Positions 9,901 to 18,850 of a DNA stretch of 64,000 nt are shown here, piece by piece. The DNA lies in IMG/VR virus record IMGVR_UViG_3300032235_000467, one strand, 5' to 3'. The notes below the pieces were generated by a model, which saw nothing but the letters and a program-made list of their open reading frames with translations, had not been told where the DNA came from and searched no databases. The position numbers and the translations under genes are program-made. Each line of letters starts with the position of its first letter. Positions within the stretch are counted from its first letter, which is position 1. This stretch comes from a virus.

Positions 9901-11637
9901 ACCTCTGGATCAACTGGTTCTTCTGGTACATCTGGTTCTACTGGTACATCAGGTACTAGTGGTTCATCTGGAACAGGATTTAATACTATCAATAGCCCTG
10001 CTATCGGTAGAGTCCTTATAGCAGATGCCTCAACTAACGCTGCAACTGCTTCAGTTATACTAACTGTCAATAATGGCGCAGTTAGTGTATCTGGAAGTAC
10101 AATTATCACTGGATCTTTAACAGTGACTAATACGATAAATGCTTTAACATTAGTAGTACAAACTATAAGCTCTTCTGTAGAGTTTGTAACAGGGTCAACT
10201 AGGTTTGGCAGCACTATATCCAATAACCATGAATTTACAGGCAGCTTAAGAATTAGCGGATCTTTATTCATAAACGGAACATCCTATACTGCTGCCACAT
10301 CAGGAACTAGTGGAACATCAGGCAGCTCCGGAACTTCAGGATCTACTGGTTCATCTGGTAGTTCAGGAACTAGCGGAACTTCTGGTTCTACCGGTACTAG
10401 CGGTTCAACAGGAACTTCTGGAACATCAGGAACTACAGGATCTTCTGGTTCTACAGGTTCATCTGGATCTTCTGGATCTACAGGGTCAAGTGGATCCTCA
10501 GGTAGTACAGGAACTTCTGGAACTAGTGGCACTTCAGGAACTACAGGTTCGTCTGGATCTTCCGGTAGCACAGGTTCTAGTGGATCTACAGGCACAAGTG
10601 GATCTACTGGAACATCAGGTAGTACAGGTAGTTCAGGCTCTACTGGCTCATCAGGGTCTACCGGAACATCAGGAACTTCTGGTAGTACTGGATCCTCTGG
10701 ATCAACTGGTACTTCCGGTAGCACAGGTACTAGCGGTTCAACAGGAACTTCAGGCTCGTCTGGAACAGGATTCAATACAATAAACAGTCCTGCTATAGGA
10801 AGAGTTTTAATAGCAGATGCCACAAATAATGCAGCTACTGCATCGGCAATACTTACTGTAAATAATGGAGCCGTTAGTGTCTCAGGTAGTACAATTATAA
10901 CAGGATCTTTAAGTATATCTGGTAGTAGTGGGACTACTTTATTTTCTTCAAACGTAGACACGTTAATATTAACAGGATCTGCTATAGTAACAGGATCTGT
11001 TATTGTAACTGGATCAGTATCTATAAACAATCTAACTCTTAACTCAGGATTAACTAGATTTGTAGTAGTTGATCCAACAACAGGACAGTTATTTTATAAT
11101 ACATCAGGAGGTGGAGCAGGGTCCGCTGGTTCATCAGGATCCTCAGGTTCTAGCGGATCAAGCGGTTCTTCTGGATCTTCTGGTTCTACAGGGTCAAGTG
11201 GATCCTCAGGTACAACAGGATCTTCTGGATCTTCAGGAACATCAGGATTATCTAGTTTATCTCTAACAGTAGCTGATGGAGGTGTTATACAAGGCACAGG
11301 CATTACCTATTTAGAATTTGCTACTAATATATCGGCAACTGTAACCAATACAACAGCGTCTATTAGTGCAACTGGTGGAGGCGGTGGTGGAGGACTAGCT
11401 ACAAAAGCTGGATCAATAGCCAATAGTTCTTTCACTGGTAACCCTAAGAAGTCCACAGTAACCTTTGCAGCAGCATTTACAGATGCAAACTATGCAGTGG
11501 CGGTAACTGGAGAAGATGCTAGATCATGGACTATAGAAAGTAAAGCAGCAGGAAGCTTTATAATAAACGCAAATAGTAATGCCGGATTAGCAGGAAGTAC
11601 TAATTGGGTGGCAGTTAAACATGGAGAAACAGCCTAA
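6937..11637 (+). CDS. Giant Gly-Ser/Thr triplet-repeat virion fibre protein (paralog of 3..3311)
   Basis: 1566 aa. Four long and one short G-[ST]-[ST] blocks separated by the same ~110-aa module; C-terminal domain (VTFAAAFTDANYAVAVT...NWVAV) resembles fibre tip domains. Confidence 0.8.
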   Translation: MPKYTIFSNIISGSSAAITSITGSLLGNASTATTASHALTASSADNFTVRGTLTAQTIVAQTITSSTDFVTGSTRFGSVASNTHQFTGSVSITGSLTINGTSYTAATSGTSGTSGTAGSSGSSGSTGTSGTAGSSGSSGSTGSSGTSGTAGTTGTSGTSGSSGSSGSSGSTGTSGSTGTSGTSGSSGSSGSTGSSGTSGTSGSSGSSGSTGTSGSTGSSGSAGSSGTSGSTGTSGSTGTSGSSGSSGSTGTSGTSGSTGTSGSSGSSGTSGTSGSTGTSGSTGTSGSTGTSGSSGSSGSSGSSGSSGTGFTTINNPAIGRVLLADNSTNAATASAVLTINNGNVVVSGSTVITGSLTVTNTINALTLVVQTISSSVEFVTGSTKFGSIISNTHQFTGSVSISGSLSLNGTSFAAATSGTSGTSGINGTSGSSGSSGSSGTSGSTGTSGTSGSSGSTGTSGSSGTSGVNGTSGSSGTSGSTGSSGSSGSTGTSGSTGTSGSTGTSGSTGTSGSSGSSGSTGTSGTSGSTGTSGSSGSTGTSGSSGTSGANGSSGTSGTSGTSGSSGTSGVNGSSGTSGSTGTSGSSGSSGSSGSTGTSGSSGSTGSSGSSGSTGSSGTAGTSGTSGQTGSSGSSGSSGTSGTSGTSGTSGTSGSSGSTGTSGSSGSTGSSGSSGSTGTSGSSGTSGTSGTSGSSGTGFNTINNPAIGRVLIADASTNSATASAILTVNNGAVSMSGSTFITGSLTVTNTINALTLVVQTISSSIEFVTGSTRFGSTISNNHEFTGSVRISGSLFINGTSYTAATSGTSGTTGTSGSSGSSGSSGSTGTSGTAGTAGTTGTSGTAGSSGSAGSSGSTGTSGSTGTSGSSGSSGTTGTSGSTGTSGSSGTSGANGSSGTSGTSGSSGSTGSSGSSGSSGSSGSTGTSGTSGTAGSSGSSGSSGNTGSSGSSGSTGTSGSSGSTGTSGTAGTSGSSGSSGSTGTSGSTGTSGTSGSTGSSGTSGSTGTSGTSGSSGTGFNTINSPAIGRVLIADASTNAATASVILTVNNGAVSVSGSTIITGSLTVTNTINALTLVVQTISSSVEFVTGSTRFGSTISNNHEFTGSLRISGSLFINGTSYTAATSGTSGTSGSSGTSGSTGSSGSSGTSGTSGSTGTSGSTGTSGTSGTTGSSGSTGSSGSSGSTGSSGSSGSTGTSGTSGTSGTTGSSGSSGSTGSSGSTGTSGSTGTSGSTGSSGSTGSSGSTGTSGTSGSTGSSGSTGTSGSTGTSGSTGTSGSSGTGFNTINSPAIGRVLIADATNNAATASAILTVNNGAVSVSGSTIITGSLSISGSSGTTLFSSNVDTLILTGSAIVTGSVIVTGSVSINNLTLNSGLTRFVVVDPTTGQLFYNTSGGGAGSAGSSGSSGSSGSSGSSGSSGSTGSSGSSGTTGSSGSSGTSGLSSLSLTVADGGVIQGTGITYLEFATNISATVTNTTASISATGGGGGGGLATKAGSIANSSFTGNPKKSTVTFAAAFTDANYAVAVTGEDARSWTIESKAAGSFIINANSNAGLAGSTNWVAVKHGETA

Positions 11638-11639
11638 CT

Positions 11640-12608
11640 ATGGCACTAATATTAAATAACAGTTTTTTTAGAGTGAGTAATGGATCTTTTTCTTTTTTTA
11701 AACCTGAAAGTGCTCCTCTATCTCTAGGACAAATATATAGAGTAGTAAGTATAGGTGGAAGTGGTGGTTCTTTTTCATATACAAAAATAGATGGATCTAC
11801 GGCCTCAACTCCAACTCTATCAACAGGACAAATAGCATATATTCTAGCAGTTTCTGGATCAATATCCGACAACTATAATAATCCCAACACACCCGGTTTT
11901 TTGGCCGTTACTAACTTATTAATAACCTCTAGTAATCTATCGGAACCATTAACTTTTACAGAAGAATTAATTACGACTACGGGAGCTGGAACTTGGACAA
12001 AACCTGCTGGTGTAACAGAAGTTATTGTAGAATGTTGGGGAGGTGGTGGTGCCGGTGGTGGTGCAACTTCAAACCCAGCAGGAGGTGCAGGAGGTGCAGC
12101 GGGTCAATACTCTAGAAAATACATACAATATTCTTCTCCATCCGTGGGAGTATCATATTCAGTTGCGGCTACCAGAGCCGGTACTCAAAATGCTGGAGCT
12201 GTAGGAAATGATACTACTTGGAATACAAATGTAGTTGTAGCAAAGGGAGGAGCAGGAGGAGGAGGAAATGGTACTACTGGAGCTGATGTTGCAGGAGGGG
12301 TAGGATCAACAACTGGAGGTATTGGAGATGTAGTATATGCTGGTCTTGATGGAAACCAAAGCCAAGTTTCTTTTCAAAACGCAGGAGGCGGAGGAAGCGG
12401 CAGGGGGTCCACAGGAACAGGAATTGCAGGTGGTGCTGCAGGCCAAGAGTATAGTGGAACTGGTGGTACAAGTGGTGCGTTTTTATTATCTAATGGCGGT
12501 GCTGGAACAAACTATGGTGCAGGAGGTGGAGGTGGATATACTAACGTAGCTACAAACGCAAATGGCGGTGCTGGTGCGCAAGGTCTAATCAGATTAATAT
12601 ATAGATAA
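11640..12608 (+). CDS. Glycine-rich domain virion protein
   Basis: GTWTKPAGVTEVIVECWGGGGAGG ... GAGGGG ... GGAGAQGLIRL is the common phage glycine-rich fibre-associated domain. Confidence 0.75.
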   Translation: MALILNNSFFRVSNGSFSFFKPESAPLSLGQIYRVVSIGGSGGSFSYTKIDGSTASTPTLSTGQIAYILAVSGSISDNYNNPNTPGFLAVTNLLITSSNLSEPLTFTEELITTTGAGTWTKPAGVTEVIVECWGGGGAGGGATSNPAGGAGGAAGQYSRKYIQYSSPSVGVSYSVAATRAGTQNAGAVGNDTTWNTNVVVAKGGAGGGGNGTTGADVAGGVGSTTGGIGDVVYAGLDGNQSQVSFQNAGGGGSGRGSTGTGIAGGAAGQEYSGTGGTSGAFLLSNGGAGTNYGAGGGGGYTNVATNANGGAGAQGLIRLIYR

Positions 12609-12626
12609 ATAAGATATTTATAATAT

Positions 12627-13049
12627 ATGCCAATATTTTACACAGATACAGGAAGTCTAGGAAGATTAGAAGTTACAGGAAGCACAGTAATGTCTGGATC
12701 TTCTAACGTTCTTAATGTTAAAGGAAGTGGATCTGCTATAATGGTAGTATCTGGAAGTGTAGGCGGTCTAGTGGAAATATCTGATATACAACCTTCAGGA
12801 GATTTATTTATAGTAGCCTCAGGAAGTAGAATCATATTTGACATAGATAATACACCCAGTGTAACTATATCGGGATCTTTAAGAGTAAGCGGATCTTTTT
12901 CTGCTTCTTTACAAAGTGGGTACACTTGGGTAGGAAATTCTTCTGGAATTGGAGTCCCTGTACCAACATCTTCTATAGGAGGAGGCGGTGGTGCTACTGA
13001 CCCTAGGGTAAGTACAGCTGCTAGCCTGTACTTATTTTATAATTACTAA
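12627..13049 (+). CDS. Small structural/fibre-associated protein
   Basis: 140 aa with xSGS beta-repeats like the neighbouring fibre proteins; preceded by ATATTTAT. Confidence 0.55.
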   Translation: MPIFYTDTGSLGRLEVTGSTVMSGSSNVLNVKGSGSAIMVVSGSVGGLVEISDIQPSGDLFIVASGSRIIFDIDNTPSVTISGSLRVSGSFSASLQSGYTWVGNSSGIGVPVPTSSIGGGGGATDPRVSTAASLYLFYNY

Positions 13050-13066
13050 AACAAAAAACAAAAAAT

Positions 13067-13474
13067 ATGCCAGCAAATACAACACCCATTTTTCCACTGT
13101 CTCCTATTTACAGACACGCTGTAGTAACTGCTTTAACTACAGATAGATCAGGAGCAACAACTACAAACTTACAAACGTTAATTACTGGAGCTGCAAATGG
13201 AACCAAAATTACTCAATTAGGAGTAAAATTTCAAGGAACGTCAGCAGCAGGGTCAATATTAATATTTGTTACTGATACATCAGGAGCTAACTTAGAGTTG
13301 TTTGATGAAATACAAGTAACGGCGGTTACAGCGAACGATACAACACCTTCTTTTAGATCTGTTAACTTGTATAATGATTTTCAAATAGCATCAGGTCAAT
13401 TAGTTAGAGTAGGGATGACTACTATATCAGGAACTGTTGCTGCTACTGTATTTTGTATGGCAGGAGATTATTAA
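13067..13474 (+). CDS. Small beta-rich virion protein, function unknown
   Basis: 135-aa ORF tightly packed in the fibre operon; T/A/G-rich. Confidence 0.55.
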   Translation: MPANTTPIFPLSPIYRHAVVTALTTDRSGATTTNLQTLITGAANGTKITQLGVKFQGTSAAGSILIFVTDTSGANLELFDEIQVTAVTANDTTPSFRSVNLYNDFQIASGQLVRVGMTTISGTVAATVFCMAGDY

Positions 13475-13486
13475 AAATATTATTTT

Positions 13487-13930
13487 ATGTGGGCGGCAAA
13501 TAGTTTTAAAGGAGATATAACGCACAATCAATGGTATGATTATTCAGATACATCTAGAATAGTTGGATGGAGTTCTTTTACCAAAAGAGTATTGTTTGTA
13601 AATTATAGGGAAAATGTAGTACATGTTGTAGTTAATATACTAGGTACTAGTAATAGCACTGCAACTACTTTTACACTACCTATTAACGTATGTTATGAAA
13701 GTTTTAGAGTATTTAATGGAGCTCTTTTTTGTACTGGAACTGCTGTTAATAACGGAGTTGTAAGTTATGCTCGTTTACAACCTCTAACTCCGTTTCCCGG
13801 ATCTACTACTTTAGGAACTTATACAATAACTGTCAACTGTGCTTATGGGGTTACTGGAGGTGTGCAAGCAACATGGACAGCATCTGGTACTAAATTAATA
13901 TCTTCTTGTTTTGTATTACCTTTAATGTAA
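13487..13930 (+). CDS. Fibre tip-like protein, paralog A of three
   Basis: Shares IVGW, GTSNST-x3-FTLP, NNG and WTASGTK motifs with the next two ORFs. Confidence 0.6.
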   Translation: MWAANSFKGDITHNQWYDYSDTSRIVGWSSFTKRVLFVNYRENVVHVVVNILGTSNSTATTFTLPINVCYESFRVFNGALFCTGTAVNNGVVSYARLQPLTPFPGSTTLGTYTITVNCAYGVTGGVQATWTASGTKLISSCFVLPLM

Positions 13931-13936
13931 AATAAT

Positions 13937-14350
13937 ATGTTAAGTAATTATAGTAAAAGGACATTCCCTAATAATGGATGGGAAGATGCATTTCCTAGTA
14001 ATGTAATAGGATGGACATACCCTCCTAATACAACTAGATATATAAAATATAAGTTTATTGAAAAGAATCTAGCTATGGTAGTATTCAGAGTGGATGGAAC
14101 TAGTAATTCAACAACCACATCTTTTACATTACCCTTTTCTTTTTTAAGTCCTTCTATAACTGGAGAAACAATAGTAGTTCCTATAACTGTAGCAAATAAT
14201 AACACATCTATATGGGGACAATTAACAATAACCAAAGACCCAAGAACCGGAGGCATGCTATGTACAGGTACGCAGGGAACCAATGCAGGATGGACTGCTT
14301 CTGGAACTAAGCAATTTAGAGGAATGTTTTTTGTACCCGTTCAAGCTTAA
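13937..14350 (+). CDS. Fibre tip-like protein, paralog B of three
   Basis: VIGW, DGTSNSTTTSFTLP, WTASGTKQFRG. Confidence 0.6.
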   Translation: MLSNYSKRTFPNNGWEDAFPSNVIGWTYPPNTTRYIKYKFIEKNLAMVVFRVDGTSNSTTTSFTLPFSFLSPSITGETIVVPITVANNNTSIWGQLTITKDPRTGGMLCTGTQGTNAGWTASGTKQFRGMFFVPVQA

Positions 14351-14353
14351 AAT

Positions 14354-14815
14354 ATGTTTACACAATTTAATTTTCAAGATTTTCCAGATACAGGATGGGT
14401 AGATTTTTCAAATGATGCTACAATAGTAGGATGGTCATCTTTTGATACTAGAGGGAGAGTTTTAATTTACAAAATAGTAGATAACATATTGTATGTTATA
14501 TACAGATTAGATGGAACTAGTAATTCTACCAGTGCTTACTTCACTATCCCAGTAAACTTAAAAAGAGAGTTTGAAAATAAACAAACTCCAGGAGTAACTG
14601 ATGCAAATCCTTTTTATATGGCTTATTCTTGCAGTAGCACGAATAACGGTACTTTGAATGCAGGAACTTTATATGTATATAAAAGAACTAGTTTACAAAC
14701 AGCAAAAGGTGGATTGTATTGTTTAGGAACATTCGGAACTACTAATGGACATAGTGCAACTTGGACAGCATCCGGAACTAAAAGATTAAGAGGACAATTT
14801 TTCTTACCAATTTAA
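14354..14815 (+). CDS. Fibre tip-like protein, paralog C of three
   Basis: IVGWSSF, DGTSNSTSAYFTIP, WTASGTKRLRG. Confidence 0.6.
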   Translation: MFTQFNFQDFPDTGWVDFSNDATIVGWSSFDTRGRVLIYKIVDNILYVIYRLDGTSNSTSAYFTIPVNLKREFENKQTPGVTDANPFYMAYSCSSTNNGTLNAGTLYVYKRTSLQTAKGGLYCLGTFGTTNGHSATWTASGTKRLRGQFFLPI

Positions 14816-14827
14816 AATTTTACAATT

Positions 14828-15097
14828 ATGAGAGATTATGCAACTTGGAATGTAGCAACTTGGAGAATACATGCAATTGTGGAGTGGAGAGGTTTGAATC
14901 AAAACATAATAGACGCACTAGGAACTATAGAAGACGATAAAAAAAGAACCATATCTACAAACGCTTGGCAATCTGCTGCTGAAGTAAACAGAGCTAGCGG
15001 ACTTGTAATATACATACAATCTCAATTAGGGTTAACAGACGTTGAAGTAGATGACATATTTACTGAAGCTGAACAAATAACATTGTCTGATTTATAG
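14828..15097 (+). CDS. Putative tail fibre assembly/chaperone-like protein
   Basis: 89 aa; W..A..V.R...L......LGLTD.EVDDIF pattern typical of small proteins encoded after fibre genes. Confidence 0.5.
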   Translation: MRDYATWNVATWRIHAIVEWRGLNQNIIDALGTIEDDKKRTISTNAWQSAAEVNRASGLVIYIQSQLGLTDVEVDDIFTEAEQITLSDL

Positions 15098-15173
15098 TTT
15101 TGTAAAAAAATATATATTATTAATATAAAATATTATATTTGTATATATTTATTATAGAACAAAAAAACTATTT

Positions 15174-15512
15174 ATGAACTTAGTAATTATCGTATTAGTC
15201 GCTGCTGTTATAGTAGCCATGGTTATTATCTCCAACAGCTCTAAAAAAACAGCAGACGAAACTCCAGAACCTTTGGTCAATCCAAACTTTGGTTTAGATT
15301 TGGAAGACCCAGCAGCACCCGTACAAGCTCCAGAAGAATTGGTAGAAACCAAGTCTGAAGTATTTAACGAATCGTTGCATAAACTGGAAGAGCCTGTAGT
15401 TAGTATTAAAAAAGCAGTAAAAGCCCCGGCTGTAAAAAAAGAAGCTAAGCCTGTAGCAAAAACATCTGCAAAACCAGCACCTAAAAAGACAGTTGTTAAA
15501 AAAATTAAATAA
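15174..15512 (+). CDS. Membrane-anchored protein with Lys/Ala/Pro-rich tail
   Basis: N-terminal hydrophobic helix, acidic middle, basic KKAVKAPAVKK-type C-terminus. Confidence 0.6.
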   Translation: MNLVIIVLVAAVIVAMVIISNSSKKTADETPEPLVNPNFGLDLEDPAAPVQAPEELVETKSEVFNESLHKLEEPVVSIKKAVKAPAVKKEAKPVAKTSAKPAPKKTVVKKIK

Positions 15513-15513
15513 T

Positions 15514-15981
15514 ATGCAAAAAGTTACGTTAAAGATCTATGAGATCTTAGCTCTAGACGTGGAGTTGAACGGATACACAGATCCTCAAAGTGGAAAATTA
15601 TTAGCTGAGGGCATCCTAAGTAAAGATTTGAAACTTACTGTGAAGTACTGGTTGAGTGATCTTTCTGATAAAGTAAGTAAAGAAAAGGATAAGATCTCAA
15701 AATTAAGGGAGGATATGATTAAGAAGTTTGGTACTCAAGACGAGAAAGGAGGAGTGTTTATTCCAATGTACGTAAACCAAGTTCTTGACGAGAGCGGCAA
15801 TATGGTATCAGGAGATGTAAATCCAGCATACAATAACTTTCAAAAGGAATATCAACTTCTATTAGAAGAAACAGTAGAACTTGAATATAAAGAGTTGAAG
15901 CTGTCTGATATAGAAGGTATTGCCCTTAAAGACACTCCTAGAGTATTTTTTAAACTAATAGCAAAGCCAGAAAGTGAATAA
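15514..15981 (+). CDS. Hypothetical protein
   Basis: ATG 15514, just after the previous stop, is a likelier start than TTG 15493. Confidence 0.6.
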   Translation: MQKVTLKIYEILALDVELNGYTDPQSGKLLAEGILSKDLKLTVKYWLSDLSDKVSKEKDKISKLREDMIKKFGTQDEKGGVFIPMYVNQVLDESGNMVSGDVNPAYNNFQKEYQLLLEETVELEYKELKLSDIEGIALKDTPRVFFKLIAKPESE

Positions 15982-16207
15982 ACTACTAGAAATAGCATCA
16001 GCTTGGATAACTGCTGCAAACCCTAGTGAAGAAGACAAAGAAAAAGCTGAGAAAAGAATAGCCACTTGTAATGGGTGCGAAGAAAACAAACTCAGCGAAA
16101 TATTGGAATATCACTACTGCGGCAAGTGTGGATGTCCACTTAAAAAGAAAATTTTTTCTCCTTTACCTGGAAGCGAGGCGTGTCCTTTAGGTAAATGGGA
16201 GATATAA
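15974..16207 (+). CDS. Small Cys-rich (zinc-binding) protein
   Basis: CNGC...CGKCGC...CPLGKW. Confidence 0.65.
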   Translation: MNKLLEIASAWITAANPSEEDKEKAEKRIATCNGCEENKLSEILEYHYCGKCGCPLKKKIFSPLPGSEACPLGKWEI

Positions 16208-16217
16208 AACCAAAGTT

Positions 16218-16490
16218 ATGGCAGAAACAAAAATGCTTAATGCACAGGAGATCAATAGTCTTAAAGATCTCAATAAAAAGTTTGGAAATACTCTAAACTC
16301 TTTAGGAGATATAGAAATTAAACTAAACCTTCTAAAACAAAAAGAAACAGAATTACTTAAAGACAAGGAAGGTCATCTATCAGATTATAATACTTTAAGA
16401 ATTAAGGAGACAGAAATAACCACCCAGCTGCTAGAAAAGTACGGAGAAGGTAAAATAGATATAGAATCCGGAAAAATAGAACTATTATAG
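16218..16490 (+). CDS. Small coiled-coil protein
   Basis: Heptad L/K/E pattern ending in KYGEGKIDIESG. Confidence 0.6.
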   Translation: MAETKMLNAQEINSLKDLNKKFGNTLNSLGDIEIKLNLLKQKETELLKDKEGHLSDYNTLRIKETEITTQLLEKYGEGKIDIESGKIELL

Positions 16491-16570
16491 AATAACTTTT
16501 GTCATTTTTGCTGGAAAATATTGATATTTATTAACGTATCATCAATAATATTTTTCAAATTTTATAGAAA

Positions 16571-18817
16571 ATGACAGAACAAATTCTTTCTGCTGGAGTT
16601 TACTCCTACGAAAATGACCAGAGTTATTATACTCAAGGCACGGATGAGACGGGTTTAGCCCTTGTAGGACCTACTGAAAAGGGTTCTGCGTTCGTTCCTA
16701 CAGACGTATCTAGCTACAGTCAATACACAGCTCTATTTGGAGAAGATCCTAATGTGTCTTATCTCCCACAAACTGCTTTCAACTACTTGCAAGCAGGAAA
16801 TACCGTTAAAGTAACTCGTGTACTTGGTAACGGTGGATTTTCATACAACTCTTCTAGGCCACTGGTAGCCATCACAAGTGGATCTTATATCCTTTCGGTA
16901 TTGTATCCTACAAAAAATGATACACCTACTGTAGGTATTTCTGGTTCTATCACTGGAACTTTTAGTGCTTTCGGTGCTAAATTTCATGGATTTGGTGCTA
17001 CAGGGGTAATAGGAACTGCATCTTTCAGTGCATCTTTAAATCCAACCTCTGCTACGTACATATCAAAAGTAATAGGATCAGACGAAAACTATGCAACTGG
17101 TTCAATATTCCCATATTTACTTTTTAGTAACTTTATCACTGGAAGTGGCGCATTAGCTTCTACAGCAGACATAGGCGCTAAATTAGAATATCTTGCAGGT
17201 AATTGTGTATTCACTAGCTCTAATTCTAGCGGATATGATCATGCAATAACTCCTTGGGTTAATTCTGATAGCGGTGTTCCTTTGTTTAGGTTCCACCACA
17301 GGTCTGATGGTTTCAAAACTAACAGAGATGTTAAAGTATGTATATCTAACATCTCAGCCGGTGTTACCTCAACTGATTACTCTACATTTAGTGTTATAGT
17401 TCGTGCTTGGAATGATACAGACAGAGCTCCTTCTATCATAGAACAATACAATAATGTTTCATTAAACCCAGATGCTGCTAACTATATTGCAAAAGCAATA
17501 GGTGACAAGTATCAGGAATTTAATGAGACTTCTTTAAATGTATTAGAATACGGTGATTTTGCTAACGTGTCTAACTACATTCGTGTAGAAGTAGCAGGTG
17601 GAGTAGCTGGAAAAGCAACACATCCTCAGTTGTATCCAAATGGACACGCTGCATTGGTTGAGACTATAGCAGGATTTACTAGTAGAAACTTACCAGCAGC
17701 TCAAATGGTTCAAAGTACAGCTGCTAGCGCTACATATTCTGGGTTTAATTATGCAAATTCTGATAACTACAATTACTTAAATCCAATACCAACTGGTGCT
17801 GGTAACGGTCTCAATGTAGCATTTACTAAGCCAGTAGGAGATAACAAGTTTGTTCTTCCTTTCCAAGGCGGTACAGACGGTATAAACTACACAGTAATTA
17901 AAAAGTCAGGTGCTAATATTACAGCAGATAACTTGTTCGGATATGATTTGACTAATAGCACAGCTCCTGGATCTGTTGCTTACATCAAAGCTTTGAATAT
18001 CTTAGCTAATAAAGAACTATACAACTTTGATCTCATAGTATTGCCAGGGGTTATTCAAGAATTACATGCAGGAGTAACAGCTGTAGCCCAAAGCACAGCA
18101 GAAGAGCGTACAGACTGTGTATATCTCCGTGACCTGACTACCCTCAACGCCTCTGTAGTAACAGCTATAAGCACAGCAGCTGGTCTTGATTCCAGCTATA
18201 GCGCTGCTTACTATCCTTGGATTAAAGTTCGCAGTGTAGGTAGCTCTAAAGATATCTACGTTCCACCAACAGTATTGGTTCCACAAGCATATGCCTACAA
18301 TGATAAGGTAGCTGCTGAATGGTTCGCTCCTGCAGGTTTGAATCGTGGTGGTCTTGGTGGTGCAATCGACACTCGTATCCGTCTTACTAAGGCTGATAGA
18401 GACGCTCTATACAATGGTAGGGTTAACCCAATCGCTAAATTCCAGAACACTGGAGTAGTAATCTGGGGTCAGAAGACTCTTCAAGTTAGAGATACAGCCC
18501 TTAACCGTATCAATGTACGTAGGTTGTTAATCAATCTCCGTGAATACATCAGTGGTGTAGCTCTCAACTACGTGTTCGAGAACAACACTGCAGCTACTAG
18601 GAACAGATTGATCTCTGCTATCACCCCATACATGGAGAATGTACAGTCTCGTCAAGGTCTGTATGCCTTCAGAATTGATATCAGCGACTCATTGAACACT
18701 AACGATGTAATCGATCGTAACCAGCTTGTAGGTAAGATCTACGTATCTCCTGTCAAGTCTATCGAATTCATCTTGTTGGAATTCAACATCACAGGTACTG
18801 GAGTAAGTTTTGAATAA
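16571..18817 (+). CDS. Contractile tail sheath protein
   Basis: SAGVYSYEND N-terminus; YYPW, VPP, WFAPAG.NRG, NPI, WGQKT, RINVRRL and P...EFI motifs of T4 gp18-like sheaths. Confidence 0.95.
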   Translation: MTEQILSAGVYSYENDQSYYTQGTDETGLALVGPTEKGSAFVPTDVSSYSQYTALFGEDPNVSYLPQTAFNYLQAGNTVKVTRVLGNGGFSYNSSRPLVAITSGSYILSVLYPTKNDTPTVGISGSITGTFSAFGAKFHGFGATGVIGTASFSASLNPTSATYISKVIGSDENYATGSIFPYLLFSNFITGSGALASTADIGAKLEYLAGNCVFTSSNSSGYDHAITPWVNSDSGVPLFRFHHRSDGFKTNRDVKVCISNISAGVTSTDYSTFSVIVRAWNDTDRAPSIIEQYNNVSLNPDAANYIAKAIGDKYQEFNETSLNVLEYGDFANVSNYIRVEVAGGVAGKATHPQLYPNGHAALVETIAGFTSRNLPAAQMVQSTAASATYSGFNYANSDNYNYLNPIPTGAGNGLNVAFTKPVGDNKFVLPFQGGTDGINYTVIKKSGANITADNLFGYDLTNSTAPGSVAYIKALNILANKELYNFDLIVLPGVIQELHAGVTAVAQSTAEERTDCVYLRDLTTLNASVVTAISTAAGLDSSYSAAYYPWIKVRSVGSSKDIYVPPTVLVPQAYAYNDKVAAEWFAPAGLNRGGLGGAIDTRIRLTKADRDALYNGRVNPIAKFQNTGVVIWGQKTLQVRDTALNRINVRRLLINLREYISGVALNYVFENNTAATRNRLISAITPYMENVQSRQGLYAFRIDISDSLNTNDVIDRNQLVGKIYVSPVKSIEFILLEFNITGTGVSFE

Positions 18818-18850
18818 TCAAATATTTATAATAGAATAAAATAACATAAA

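Larger units (their letters stand above)
3..11250 (+). repeat. Imperfect 9-nt-period coding repeats (G-S/T-S/T) in blocks at about 3-450, 777-1575, 1901-2610, 7258-7857, 8185-9018, 9346-9972, 10298-10764 and 11110-11247
   Basis: Visible GGN-TCN/AGY/ACN periodicity with shuffled synonymous codons; it also explains the long shadow ORFs in other frames. Confidence 0.9.

Noticed and set aside
3-11250. CRISPR array or non-coding tandem repeat
   Set aside because: Repeats are degenerate at third codon positions and coding; there is no constant repeat with unique spacers. The Cas4-like gene at 45388 has no cas neighbours.
4-11303. Long alternative-frame and minus-strand ORFs over the repeats (e.g. 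4..468, 751..1593, 761..1558, 8115..9272, 9273..10271)
   Set aside because: Shadows of the G/S/T codon repeats, which lack stops in other frames; their L/V/Q or P-x-x sequences track the repeat blocks.
13487-14815. Diversity-generating retroelement or invertible tip cassette
   Set aside because: No reverse transcriptase or invertase in the window, and the paralogs differ at all base types rather than only at adenines.
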